From positions 14,008,587-14,072,586 of the forward strand of contig CM120648.1 in NCBI GenBank assembly GCA_051362555.1: a DNA stretch of 64,000 nt, in the 5' to 3' direction. This DNA is from Lingula anatina. Taxonomy: Eukaryota; Animalia; Brachiopoda. The notes under the pieces are model-generated. The model had not been told where the DNA came from. It saw only the letters and a list, made by a program, of their open reading frames with translations, and searched no databases. A program made the position numbers and the translations under genes. Shown one piece after another: positions 63,786 to 64,000 of the stretch; positions within the stretch are counted from its first letter, which is position 1; every line of letters begins with the position of its first letter.

Positions 63786-64000
63786 TATTCATAAAAACAT
63801 CCTTACGTCATGTCTTATTTACAATGACTGAACCACTGCAAAATAAATTGTAACGCCGTATAAAAATTAAAATTAAATGACACGGAACATACGTTACCGT
63901 ACGTTTTTGGCACGTGCGTTACCATTTAGGGCTCTTTGCGTAATGTAAAAGACATGGTAAAAATTAAAATTTGAATTTAAATTGAGACAGTCGTTGATTT

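Overview
AT-rich, intron-rich animal genomic DNA. It is probably lophotrochozoan/molluscan, inferred from gene content, Helentron-type repeats and TACATGTA enrichment. Four protein-coding genes can be reconstructed by hand from splice sites and reading phase. (1) The 3' part of a + strand WD40-repeat gene (9 exons, 13..21182) that ends in a CaaX prenylation box (CRLL*). (2) A two-exon cytosolic sulfotransferase (- strand, 6971..8475) nested inside the 16-kb intron of the WD40 gene. (3) A DNA-binding-domain-less NR0B (DAX-1/SHP-like) nuclear receptor (- strand, coding exons 39302..40982 and 25856..26094, ~639 aa) with two LxxLL boxes, a PIDLS CtBP-type motif and a degenerate AF-2. (4) A four-exon UBXN10-like gene (+ strand, 56751..60079). 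The rest holds several Helentron-associated (DINE-1/HINE-like) elements, foldback MITEs (Harbinger-, Kolobok- and hAT-like ends), a decayed Penelope GIY-YIG remnant and microsatellites. There is a visible CpG-poor/CpG-rich mosaic that tracks the genes. No CRISPR, rRNA or tRNA could be supported. All family assignments come from remembered motifs, not database searches.
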